Below are positions 10,062 to 17,910 of a DNA stretch of 64,000 bases, piece after piece. The stretch covers positions 396,901-460,900 of the forward strand of contig CAZUBI010000001.1 in NCBI GenBank assembly GCA_964618625.1. The letters run 5' to 3'. Each line of letters opens with the position of its first letter. The stretch's first letter is position 1. Source of the DNA: an uncultured Candidatus Saccharibacteria bacterium (GTDB taxonomy: Bacteria; Patescibacteriota; Minisyncoccia; UBA6257). The position numbers and the translations under genes are program-made. The notes under the pieces were generated by a model. The model ran no database searches. It was not told the origin of the DNA and saw only the letters and a program-made list of their open reading frames with translations.

Positions 10062-11096
10062 ATGGCTGGATTAGTACGGAATAATAAATATTGTCAGTTG
10101 GAAAAAAGAGTTATTTTTCATATTGGCGGACAATATCGATTTTTATTAAAAGCGAAAAAGAATCTAAAATTATCTTGGTTTTTGTTCGCACATGAAATCA
10201 GAGTAAATCAAAGAACACTTAATGATTGGAAAAGAGAGAAATATTCTTTGCCTTACGATATTTTTCAAAAAATTTCTAAGATTACAAAATCGAAAATACC
10301 ACATGGAATAAAGATTAAAGAACCTTTTTGGTATGTTCGTAAAGGAGCTAAGCTTGGTGGTATTGCTGTTTATAAAAAATATGGAAAAATTGGTGGCGAC
10401 CCAGAGATACGAAAACAGAAATGGTTAGAGTGGTGGGAAAGAGAAGGTAAATATAATCCAAAAGAATATTTTGTAACAAAGGAAATTATTGCACCACAAA
10501 AAGGAGTTGATTTATCTGAATTTGTTGGAATTATGATTGGAGATGGCGGGATTACTAATAAACAAGTTGTTGTAACCCTTAATAATAAAACAGATAAACT
10601 TTATAGCGTTTTTGTAGAAGATCTTATAAATAGACTTTTTGGGGTAAAAGCAAGTATGAATATTAGAAAAGAAGAATCTGTTGTTAATATTACTGTTTCA
10701 CGCATACGCTTAGTAGCTTTTTGCAAATCGATAGGTCTTAAGATTGGAAATAAGTTAAAACAAAATTTGGATATTCCTGCATGGGTTAAAAAAGATAAAA
10801 GTTTTAAAGTATCTTGTTTAAGGGGTTTAGTAGATACAGATGGTTGTTTTTTTGTTGAGCGTCATAAAATTAATAAGAAAAAATACTGTTATCCTAGATT
10901 GTCTTTCGTAAGTTATTCTAAACAACTCCGTGCTTCAGCTTTTAAGATATTAAAAGAATTAGAATTTTCGCCTAACATTCGTAGTAATAGAAGCGTGCAA
11001 TTAGAAAATATAGCAGACATTAAAAAATATTTTAATTTAGTAGGTACTCATAATCCAAAACATAAAGAGAGATTTAGATTATTTTTGGAGGGGTAG
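10062..11096 (+). CDS. HTH (Xre-like) + double-motif LAGLIDADG homing-endonuclease-like protein
   Basis: 344 aa; LAGLIDADG-type motifs FVGIMIGDGGI and LRGLVDTDGCF with acidic residues retained; N-terminal HTH-like segment LSWFLFAHEIRVNQRTLNDWKREK. The 3' end overlaps the first 10 nt of tRNA-Ser(TGA). Confidence 0.7.
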   Translation: MAGLVRNNKYCQLEKRVIFHIGGQYRFLLKAKKNLKLSWFLFAHEIRVNQRTLNDWKREKYSLPYDIFQKISKITKSKIPHGIKIKEPFWYVRKGAKLGGIAVYKKYGKIGGDPEIRKQKWLEWWEREGKYNPKEYFVTKEIIAPQKGVDLSEFVGIMIGDGGITNKQVVVTLNNKTDKLYSVFVEDLINRLFGVKASMNIRKEESVVNITVSRIRLVAFCKSIGLKIGNKLKQNLDIPAWVKKDKSFKVSCLRGLVDTDGCFFVERHKINKKKYCYPRLSFVSYSKQLRASAFKILKELEFSPNIRSNRSVQLENIADIKKYFNLVGTHNPKHKERFRLFLEG

Positions 11097-11175
11097 GGAG
11101 TGGTTATCCCAAGCGGTTTTGAAAACCGCTATTCGTTTACACGGATCGTGGGTTCGAATCCCACCCCCTCCGCCA
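11087..11175 (+). tRNA. tRNA-Ser(UGA), long variable arm, CCA encoded
   Basis: GGAGGGGTAGGGAGTGGTTATCCCAAGCGGTTTTGAAAACCGCT...CGTGGGTTCGAATCCCACCCCCTCCGCCA. The ORF-track protein at 11100 reads through this tRNA as a false N-terminus. Confidence 0.85.
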
Positions 11176-11186
11176 TATTTATTAAT

Positions 11187-12668
11187 ATGAAAGATAAAAG
11201 CAAACAATTAGGTTTGGTTTCTCGTCCTCCGATTATTGTAGTTTTGGGACATGTTGATCATGGCAAGACAAGTCTTTTAGATTATATAAAAAAAACTAAA
11301 ATTGCTGAAAAAGAATCAGGTGGAATTACTCAACATATTGGTGCTTATGAAATAGAGATAAAAGATAAAAAGATTACTTTTATTGATACTCCTGGGCATG
11401 AAGCATTTTCTAAAATTCGTTCTAGGGGAGCAAAAGTCGCTGATATTGCTCTTTTAGTAGTTGCCGCTGATGAAGGGGTAAAAGTGCAAACTAAAGAATC
11501 ATTAAAAGATATAAAAAAAGTTCAAATTCCTTATATCGTAGCAATTACTAAAATTGATAAGGAAGGGACTAATTTAGAAAAAGTAAAAAACGAATTATCA
11601 GAAGCAGGCGTATTATTAGAAGGCCGTGGTGGCGATATTCCTTTTGTAGGCGTTTCTTCAAAAACAGGGCAAGGCATTGATGAACTTTTAGAACTTATTC
11701 TTTTGTTATCAGAGATGCAGGAATTAAAAGCTGATCCAAACAATCAAGCCATAGGATTTGTAATAGAGTCTCATCTAGATAGGTCTAGAGGAAATACAGC
11801 TAGCTTAATTATTACTGATGGAACTTTACATCTTAAAGATGAAATTATAGTGGATCAGATAAAAATAGGAAAGGTAAAGATTCTAGAAAATTTCAAAGGG
11901 GAATCTATTTCAGAGGCAACTTTTTCTTCACCTGTAAGAGTTCTTGGCTTTGAAACATCAGTACCAGTTGGAGCGAAACTTTCAGCAGGTGGTCTTAAAG
12001 ATAAAACAATGGCATCTGCTCAAGAATCAAAAACAATTGGTAAGGAATTAGGAAGTCACGATTCAAAAATTAAAATTCCTCTTATTATTAAAAGTGATGC
12101 TTCTGGTTCGGGCGAGGCGTTAGAACAAGTTATAGTGCAATTAGGAAAAAAGAACGATTGGCTTTTTTTCCTTTTGAAAAACGAGACTGGTGATATCTCT
12201 GAAAGTGATTTTAAGATAATACCTTTAGGGAAAACTTTAATCATAGGTTTTCGAGTTAGAAAAAGACCTGAAATAAATAATATTCTTTTAACTAATAAGA
12301 ATTTACTATTGATTGAAGGGGATATTATTTATGAAATAGAAAATAAAATTAAAGAATTGGTAGAAAATAAATTTGTAAAAAAACCAACTGAAGAAATACT
12401 TGGGAAATTGGAAGTTTTAGCTGTGTTTAACCCTATAAAAGGTAGTCAATTAATTGGAGGGAAAGTTGTTGAAGGTAATGTTCAAAATAAAATTCGTTTT
12501 CGTTTAGTGCGTAATGAAGAAATTATAAGCCAAGGAAAAATTTTAAACTTACAAAAGAATAAGGTAGATATAACAGAAGTAAAGATTGGAGGAGAATGTG
12601 GTTTATTAATAAATTGCCCAGAAAAAGCAGAACAAGGAGATTTACTTGAATTTTTTAGAAAAATTTAA
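11187..12668 (+). CDS. infB: Translation initiation factor IF-2 (short form; start reassigned to ATG 11187 after the tRNA)
   Basis: G domain [17 protein letters not shown]...[10 protein letters not shown]...ITKIDK, followed by the beta-barrel and C-terminal IF-2 domains. The first 29 ORF-track codons are a translated tRNA-Ser. Confidence 0.85.
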   Translation: MKDKSKQLGLVSRPPIIVVLGHVDHGKTSLLDYIKKTKIAEKESGGITQHIGAYEIEIKDKKITFIDTPGHEAFSKIRSRGAKVADIALLVVAADEGVKVQTKESLKDIKKVQIPYIVAITKIDKEGTNLEKVKNELSEAGVLLEGRGGDIPFVGVSSKTGQGIDELLELILLLSEMQELKADPNNQAIGFVIESHLDRSRGNTASLIITDGTLHLKDEIIVDQIKIGKVKILENFKGESISEATFSSPVRVLGFETSVPVGAKLSAGGLKDKTMASAQESKTIGKELGSHDSKIKIPLIIKSDASGSGEALEQVIVQLGKKNDWLFFLLKNETGDISESDFKIIPLGKTLIIGFRVRKRPEINNILLTNKNLLLIEGDIIYEIENKIKELVENKFVKKPTEEILGKLEVLAVFNPIKGSQLIGGKVVEGNVQNKIRFRLVRNEEIISQGKILNLQKNKVDITEVKIGGECGLLINCPEKAEQGDLLEFFRKI

Positions 12669-12683
12669 TATGATTATACTAAC

Positions 12684-12755
12684 GGCCTAGTGGCGAAGTG
12701 GTAACGCGACTGTCTGCAAAACAGTTATGCGTCGGTTCGAATCCGACCTAGGCCT
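12684..12755 (+). tRNA. tRNA-Cys(GCA)
   Basis: GGCCTAGTGGCGAAGTGGTAACGCGACTGTCTGCAAAACAGTTATGCGTCGGTTCGAATCCGACCTAGGCCT. Anticodon loop CTGCAAA; discriminator U. Confidence 0.85.
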
Positions 12756-12782
12756 CAAGATTTACCAGTTGGTAAATTAATT

Positions 12783-12870
12783 GCCGGGGTGGTGGAATTG
12801 CTAGACACGAAGGATTTAAAATCCTTTGGAGGAATACTCCGTGCGGGTTGGAGTCCCGCCCTCGGCACCA
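12783..12870 (+). tRNA. tRNA-Leu(UAA), long variable arm, CCA encoded
   Basis: GCCGGGGTGGTGGAATTGCTAGACACGAAGGATTTAAAATCCTT...GCGGGTTGGAGTCCCGCCCTCGGCACCA. Confidence 0.85.
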
Positions 12871-12881
12871 TTTGAAATTTT

Positions 12882-13634
12882 ATGGGAGGTTTATTTACAA
12901 AACATATTAATCAAGATTTTTTTAAAACTTGGACATATGAAATGAGTTATGTTTTGGGTTATATTACTGCTGATGGTTGTATTACCGTGAGTAAAGATAG
13001 AACAAAACACCCTTTTTCATTAAATATTACTTCTATTGATAAAAAACATTTATATAGGATTAGAAAAGTATTAGAATCTGAGCATAAAGTTGGTAGGAAG
13101 TCAGCAGGGAGATTAAATGCTTTTGCCTATCAATTAGTCATACGCAACCCAGTTATAACTAGAGACTTGATGGATTTGGGAATATTACCTAGAAAGACTT
13201 ATAATTTAGGACCTATTGAAGTTCCGAAGAAATATTTCCCTGACTTTGTTCGTGGATTTTTTGATGGAGACGGAACAGTTTATATTTATAAAGTTAATGG
13301 AACACGACAAATTAAAGCTGGCTTCGTAAGTTCAAGTTTGCCTTTTATAACGAGATTTAATCAACAGCTTTGCGAAAGTCTAAATATTTCTATAAAATCT
13401 ATTCACAAAACAATTGATAGACGAAAAAATAGGATGATTCAATATAATATTTGTTTCTATATTGATGATTGTGAGAAATTGAGCGACTTTATGTATGGAA
13501 ATAATTCAACTTTATTTTTGCCTCGTAAATATAGAATTTTTAAGAAATGGAAGTCAATGAAAAGACGACATTATGTAAAGCAAAATTATCCCTCAAAAAT
13601 CGGCTGGCGGTTAAATGAAAAAGTCACTGTTTAA
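12882..13634 (+). CDS. LAGLIDADG homing-endonuclease-like protein (two motifs)
   Basis: 250 aa; motifs VLGYITADGCI and FVRGFFDGDGTV. It starts 12 nt after tRNA-Leu(UAA). Confidence 0.75.
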   Translation: MGGLFTKHINQDFFKTWTYEMSYVLGYITADGCITVSKDRTKHPFSLNITSIDKKHLYRIRKVLESEHKVGRKSAGRLNAFAYQLVIRNPVITRDLMDLGILPRKTYNLGPIEVPKKYFPDFVRGFFDGDGTVYIYKVNGTRQIKAGFVSSSLPFITRFNQQLCESLNISIKSIHKTIDRRKNRMIQYNICFYIDDCEKLSDFMYGNNSTLFLPRKYRIFKKWKSMKRRHYVKQNYPSKIGWRLNEKVTV

Positions 13635-13700
13635 AGAATTAACGAAATATTAATTAAAGAATTTATCGTTAAAGTAAGATTTGGAATTGTATAACAATAC

Positions 13701-13733
13701 AAAAACACCCTGTCTTTGGCAGGATGTTTTTAA
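13701..13733. terminator. Bidirectional rho-independent-type terminator
   Basis: AAAAACACCCTG-tctttgg-CAGGATGTTTTT: 11-bp stem with one mismatch, flanked by an A-run and a T-run. It lies between convergent genes 12882..13634(+) and 13759..14262(-). Confidence 0.5.
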
Positions 13734-13758
13734 TTATCTTGTTATTAATATTAGGTAG

Positions 13759-14262
13759 TTATCTCAATATTTCCATTATTGTTTCTTTAATTCCGAACTC
13801 TTTTGCCGATTCTCTGTCAGGAAACCAGATATCTACTCTCGTATCAGTAAAACGATTATGCATTTTGTCGTCAACAGTAAAAATTTTATCCCTAAATAAT
13901 TCAGGGAATCTTACTTTTGTTCCAAATGGTAGAAAATTAGAGGCGACAATTCCATCATAAACCCAAGCGCCAGAAGCAGTGATGAATGGAGTATCATCTG
14001 TTTGGTCAGGAGTGGAAGAATAGGCTGTTACAGTAATTTTTCTCGTTTCAATTGAAGGCTGAAGAGAATTTGCTGTAGTAAAGAAAGTATCACTTGAATT
14101 ATGGTAAAATTCTTCATCAGTGCTAAGAATTTCTTGTTCAGAGCTATTAATAATAGTGGATGGCGAGCCTTCTACTATTAATCCTGACAAAGGGCTAAAA
14201 AAGCTAAAACTTAAGACCATAGCAAGGATTCCAGCTTTCGTGACTCTATTAAGAATATTCAT
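13759..14262 (-). CDS. Secreted 3D-domain (MltA-like, Asp-Asp-Asp) protein
   Basis: 167 aa; N-terminal signal peptide; C-terminal TVTAYSS..DQTDDTPFITASGAWV..FGTKVRFPE...TVDD..TRVDIW resembles a 3D domain. Confidence 0.5.
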   Translation of the reverse strand: MNILNRVTKAGILAMVLSFSFFSPLSGLIVEGSPSTIINSSEQEILSTDEEFYHNSSDTFFTTANSLQPSIETRKITVTAYSSTPDQTDDTPFITASGAWVYDGIVASNFLPFGTKVRFPELFRDKIFTVDDKMHNRFTDTRVDIWFPDRESAKEFGIKETIMEILR

Positions 14263-14331
14263 AATATTTTAATTCCGCATTAAAAAACTCCCTTCTTGGG
14301 AGACTTTTTAGATTCTATCATATAAATAACT

Positions 14332-14408
14332 TTTGTCAACCCCCACACTATAACAAGGACTGGTTTTACCCCCACAACACCTATGCATAAGTGTGGGGGT
14401 TGATCAAA
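14332..14408. repeat. 18-bp perfect inverted repeat (TTTGTCAACCCCCACACT / AGTGTGGGGGTTGATCAAA) with a 40-nt spacer
   Basis: Left arm 14332-14349 is exactly complementary to right arm 14390-14408. The spacer contains a partial copy ACCCCCACAACACC. It sits in the divergent intergenic region between the 3D-domain gene and tRNA-Ser(GCT). Confidence 0.6.
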
Positions 14409-14523
14409 TTGATGCCTTCGGCATTTGTCCTTATTTGGTGTGAGGGTCAAGGTTTTGGTTGCATTTTTATTATTTTTTAGATAAACTTAATAACATAGAT
14501 CTTATTAGATTTATATTTTGATT

Positions 14524-14613
14524 GGAGGAGTGCGCCGAATGGTAAGGCAGCAGATTGCTAATCTGTGACGGTGTAAAAGCCGTTTGCGGGTTCGACTCCC
14601 GCCTCCTCCGCCA
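14524..14613 (+). tRNA. tRNA-Ser(GCU), long variable arm, CCA encoded
   Basis: GGAGGAGTGCGCCGAATGGTAAGGCAGCAGATTGCTAATCTGTGACGG...GCGGGTTCGACTCCCGCCTCCTCCGCCA. Confidence 0.85.
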
Positions 14614-14664
14614 TAACAACTTAGTATCGGATAGGCCTATTTAGTTGAGATAGCAGGGCGACAC

Positions 14665-14691
14665 GAGTGGTTCGAATTCAAGTCCCCCAGC
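14665..14691 (+). repeat. Post-tRNA-Ser T-loop-like motif GAGTGGTTCGAATTCAAGTCCCCCAGC, copy 1 of 2
   Basis: 23/27 identical to 56276..56304, which follows tRNA-Ser(CGA). Contains a GGTTCGAAT T-loop-like core and a terminal CCCCAGC. Confidence 0.5.
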
Positions 14692-14757
14692 CGTCTAGTT
14701 TTTATCAAGAGACCGAGAAAATCGTATATTAAACACTTTTTCGAGTTTAGTTTGCTT

Positions 14758-14773
14758 CCTGCCTCCTCTGCCA
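14758..14773 (+). other. Degenerate duplicate of the tRNA-Ser 3' end (CCTGCCTCCTCTGCCA)
   Basis: 14/16 identical to the 3' terminus of tRNA-Ser(GCU) (CCCGCCTCCTCCGCCA at 14598-14613); lies 145 nt downstream of that tRNA. Confidence 0.4.
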
Positions 14774-14778
14774 AGTTT

Positions 14779-14810
14779 AAAAAGTCCCATAAAGGGACTT
14801 TTCTGATTTT
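14779..14810 (+). terminator. Rho-independent-type terminator
   Basis: AAAAAGTCCC-ataaa-GGGACTTTT followed by ctgatttt. Confidence 0.55.
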
Positions 14811-14858
14811 GAATGTTGCTTTAGCAAATAAATTATGATAATATAAAGATATTAAAAT

Positions 14859-15119
14859 ATGCTTACTGCAAAACAAAAAGAAAAAGTTATTGAGGAGTTT
14901 GCCACTCATAAGAAAGACACTGGATCGCCTGAGGTGCAAATTGCTTTATTAACAAAAGAAATAAAATTATTAAGTACGCATTTAAAAAAACATCCAAAAG
15001 ATTACCATTCAAGGAGAGGTCTTTTGGGGATGGTTTCTGACAGAAGAAGACTCCTTTCTTATTTAAAAAAAGTATCGCTTCGTCGTTATAATAAAACGAT
15101 GAAGAAACTTGGTTTATAA
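14859..15119 (+). CDS. rpsO: 30S ribosomal protein S15
   Basis: 86 aa; [12 protein letters not shown]...[31 protein letters not shown] is canonical S15. Confidence 0.9.
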   Translation: MLTAKQKEKVIEEFATHKKDTGSPEVQIALLTKEIKLLSTHLKKHPKDYHSRRGLLGMVSDRRRLLSYLKKVSLRRYNKTMKKLGL

Positions 15120-15128
15120 TTTTAATTT

Positions 15129-15698
15129 ATGCTTATCAGACACAAAAACCAGCGCGTAGCGGTTTTGATAGATGTTCAAAATCTTTATCATTCTGCAAAG
15201 AATCTTTATGGCGCCAGAGTAAATTTTAAGAATCTTCTTTTAGAAGCAACAGCTGGTCGTCAGTTAATTAGAGCAATTGCATATGCGACTAAAGCCGATG
15301 AACCTGGCGAGGCTTCTTTTTTTGATGCTTTAGAAAAAGCCGGGATTGAAGTTCGATTAAAGGATTTGCAAGTTTATCCTGATGGAACAAAAAAGGGAGA
15401 TTGGGATGTAGGATTGGCAGTAGATGCTATCAGGTTATGCGCCAATATTGATGTGATAGTTTTAGTAACTGGAGATGGAGATTTTATTCCCATGGTTGAA
15501 TACTTAAAAGCACTAGGAAAACATGTAGAACTTATGGGTTTTGGGAAAACTTCTTCCTTCCATTTAAAAGAATTAGTTAATGAGTTTACAGATTTAGATT
15601 CTCGCCCAGATTATTTTCTTTTTAAATCCCAAAAACAGAGTTTTGCAAAAAAATTGCCTAATATTATTAAAAGCAGGTTGAGAAGGCATAACAAATAA
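15129..15698 (+). CDS. NYN-domain (LabA-like, PIN-fold) protein
   Basis: 189 aa; VAVLIDVQNLYHSA...VIVLVTGDGDFIPMVEYLK typical of NYN/LabA. Inserted between rpsO and pnp. Confidence 0.55.
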   Translation: MLIRHKNQRVAVLIDVQNLYHSAKNLYGARVNFKNLLLEATAGRQLIRAIAYATKADEPGEASFFDALEKAGIEVRLKDLQVYPDGTKKGDWDVGLAVDAIRLCANIDVIVLVTGDGDFIPMVEYLKALGKHVELMGFGKTSSFHLKELVNEFTDLDSRPDYFLFKSQKQSFAKKLPNIIKSRLRRHNK

Positions 15699-15728
15699 AA
15701 CAAATAAAACAGAATTAGGATAATATTA

Positions 15729-17846
15729 ATGGAAAAAAAAGAATATCAATTAAAAATTGGAGATAAGATTATAAGTGTAGAATTTTCTAATCTTGTCGAA
15801 CAGTCTAATGGTTCAGTAATGGTAAGAATGGGAGATACTGTGGTATTGGCTTCTGCGGTTATGGGCAAGGAAGACAGAATGGATTTAGATTACTTTCCCC
15901 TTATGGTCAATTACGAAGAAAAATATTATGCTGCTGGTAAAATTTACGGCAGTCGTTTCCTTAGAAGAGAATCCAGGCCATCAGACAGCGCAATTTTGAC
16001 TAGTCGCCTTATAGACAGAACTATTAGGCCTCTTTTTCCCGCTGATATGAGAAGAGATGTTCAGATTGTGATTACTTGTTTATCAATTGATGAGGAGAAT
16101 GATCCTGATATTTTAGGGATTATTGCCGCTTCATTGGCTTTAGGTACTTCCAATATTCCATGGCAAGGACCAATAGCGGCAGTGAGAATTAGTTGGTCAG
16201 AAAAAACAGGATTTGTTATTAATCCAATTTACAAACAAAGAGAGGAAGCGCTATTAAATATGGTAGTTTCAGGCCCCGATAATGTAATAAATATGCTAGA
16301 GGCAGAATCTAAGGAGGTTGCAGAGGATATTGTCAAAGAGGCTATGGGAATCGCTCAAAAAGAAATTACGGAGCTTAATAAAGGAGTAAATAATATTATT
16401 ACGAAAGAGGGCTCTTCTAAAGATAGAGTTATCTTAAAAGAATATGACAAAAATATTAAAGAAGAAGTAAAGAACTTTTTAAAAGACAAATTAGAATCTG
16501 CTATTTATGTTGTAGATAAAACCGAAAGAGAAAATAAACTATCATTTTTAAAAGAAGAATTAATAAGCCATCTTCATGATAAAGATTATTCAGAAGAGAG
16601 TTTAATTGGTGCTAAATCTATTTTTGAACAAGAAATTGACGAAGTTGTGCATAAAAATATTTTAGAGAAAGATAAAAGGCCTGATTCGCGAAAATTAGAT
16701 GAAATTAGGCCCTTGGAAGTGGCTATAGATATTTTGCCGCGGCCTCATGGTTCAGCTTTATTTATGAGAGGTAAAACTCACGTTTTGTCAGTTGTTACTT
16801 TAGGTTCTCCTGGTGATGTTTTGCTTTTACAGGGAATGGAAATTTCAGGAGAAAAAAGATTTTTGCATCATTATAATTTTCCAGCTTATTCATCAGGGGA
16901 GATAGCGCCTTTAAGAGGTCCAGGCAGGAGAGAAATTGGGCATGGCGCCTTAGGTGAAAAGGCCATTTTACCAATGATTCCTTTGCAGGAAGAATTTCCT
17001 TATACAATTCGGGTAGTTTCAGAAATTTTATCTTCAAATGGCTCTACTTCCATGGCAGCTACTTGTGCTTCATCATTAGCTTTAATGGCTAGCGGAGTGC
17101 CAATTAAAGAGCATGTTGCTGGAATTTCTATGGGTTTGATAATGGGTGAAGAGAATAGGTATAAAATTTTAACTGATATTCAAGGGTTTGAAGATCATTA
17201 TGGAGATATGGATTTTAAAGCAGCTGGAACTAAAAATGGAATAACCGCTTTACAAATAGATGTGAAAATAAAAGGAGTAGAATCAAAGGTTTTGTCAGAA
17301 ATTTTAGATAAAGCTAAAAATGCAAGACTTTTTATTTTAGAAAAAATGAATGAAGTTATTTCTGAGTCAAGAAAAAATCTTTCTCCTTTTGCTCCAAGAA
17401 TATTTACTCTTAAAATAAAACAAGAACAAATAGGTAGCCTTATTGGTCCTGGTGGTAAAATTATAAATAAGATTATTGAAGATACTGGTGCTGCTATTGA
17501 TATTAATGATGATGGCACTATTTTTGTGACAGCTCCTGATGAAGAAAAAGCTCAGTCAGCAATTTCCAGAATTAAAGAAGTAACCAAAGAATTTTTAGCA
17601 GGGGAATTGGTGCAAGGGACAGTGTCAGAAATTAGAGATTTTGGGGCCATTATAAATTTAGGCGGTCGCAAAGAAGGTCTTCTTCATATTTCAGAACTAG
17701 CTTCTCGTCATGTAGCTAAGGTAGAAGATGTTGTTCACTTAGGCGATGTTTTAAAGTTAAAAATTAGAAAAGTGGAACCAAATGGCAAGATCTCTCTTTC
17801 TTTGAAAGATGTTTCTGATCAAAATGATAAAAGTAAATTTTCTTGA
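15729..17846 (+). CDS. pnp: Polynucleotide phosphorylase
   Basis: 705 aa; two RNase PH domains, a KH domain (IGSLIGPGGKIINKII) and a C-terminal S1 domain. Confidence 0.95.
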   Translation: MEKKEYQLKIGDKIISVEFSNLVEQSNGSVMVRMGDTVVLASAVMGKEDRMDLDYFPLMVNYEEKYYAAGKIYGSRFLRRESRPSDSAILTSRLIDRTIRPLFPADMRRDVQIVITCLSIDEENDPDILGIIAASLALGTSNIPWQGPIAAVRISWSEKTGFVINPIYKQREEALLNMVVSGPDNVINMLEAESKEVAEDIVKEAMGIAQKEITELNKGVNNIITKEGSSKDRVILKEYDKNIKEEVKNFLKDKLESAIYVVDKTERENKLSFLKEELISHLHDKDYSEESLIGAKSIFEQEIDEVVHKNILEKDKRPDSRKLDEIRPLEVAIDILPRPHGSALFMRGKTHVLSVVTLGSPGDVLLLQGMEISGEKRFLHHYNFPAYSSGEIAPLRGPGRREIGHGALGEKAILPMIPLQEEFPYTIRVVSEILSSNGSTSMAATCASSLALMASGVPIKEHVAGISMGLIMGEENRYKILTDIQGFEDHYGDMDFKAAGTKNGITALQIDVKIKGVESKVLSEILDKAKNARLFILEKMNEVISESRKNLSPFAPRIFTLKIKQEQIGSLIGPGGKIINKIIEDTGAAIDINDDGTIFVTAPDEEKAQSAISRIKEVTKEFLAGELVQGTVSEIRDFGAIINLGGRKEGLLHISELASRHVAKVEDVVHLGDVLKLKIRKVEPNGKISLSLKDVSDQNDKSKFS

Positions 17847-17910
17847 CATTTGTTTTTATGGTACAATATAAATAAATATGAGCAAGCTTAAACTTTAATT
17901 TTTTAAAAAC

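Noticed and set aside
11100-11186. ORF-track N-terminal 29 codons of infB (MVIPSGFENRYSFTRIVGSNPTPSAIFIN)
   Set aside because: These codons are a translated tRNA-Ser(UGA); the real start is ATG 11187. Analogous false extensions occur for rnj (43376..43477) and recG (32773..32823).
14637-14939. 100-aa minus-strand ORF spanning the region after tRNA-Ser(GCU) and the rpsO start
   Set aside because: It overlaps a terminator and the 5' end of rpsO, has no motifs, and lies in a region better explained as RNA or repeats.
17843-17872. Promoter TTGACA-N18-TATAAA at the 3' end of pnp for the downstream hypothetical gene
   Set aside because: Plausible, but the -10 is imperfect and it lies inside the pnp coding sequence; kept out of the feature list as too weakly supported.
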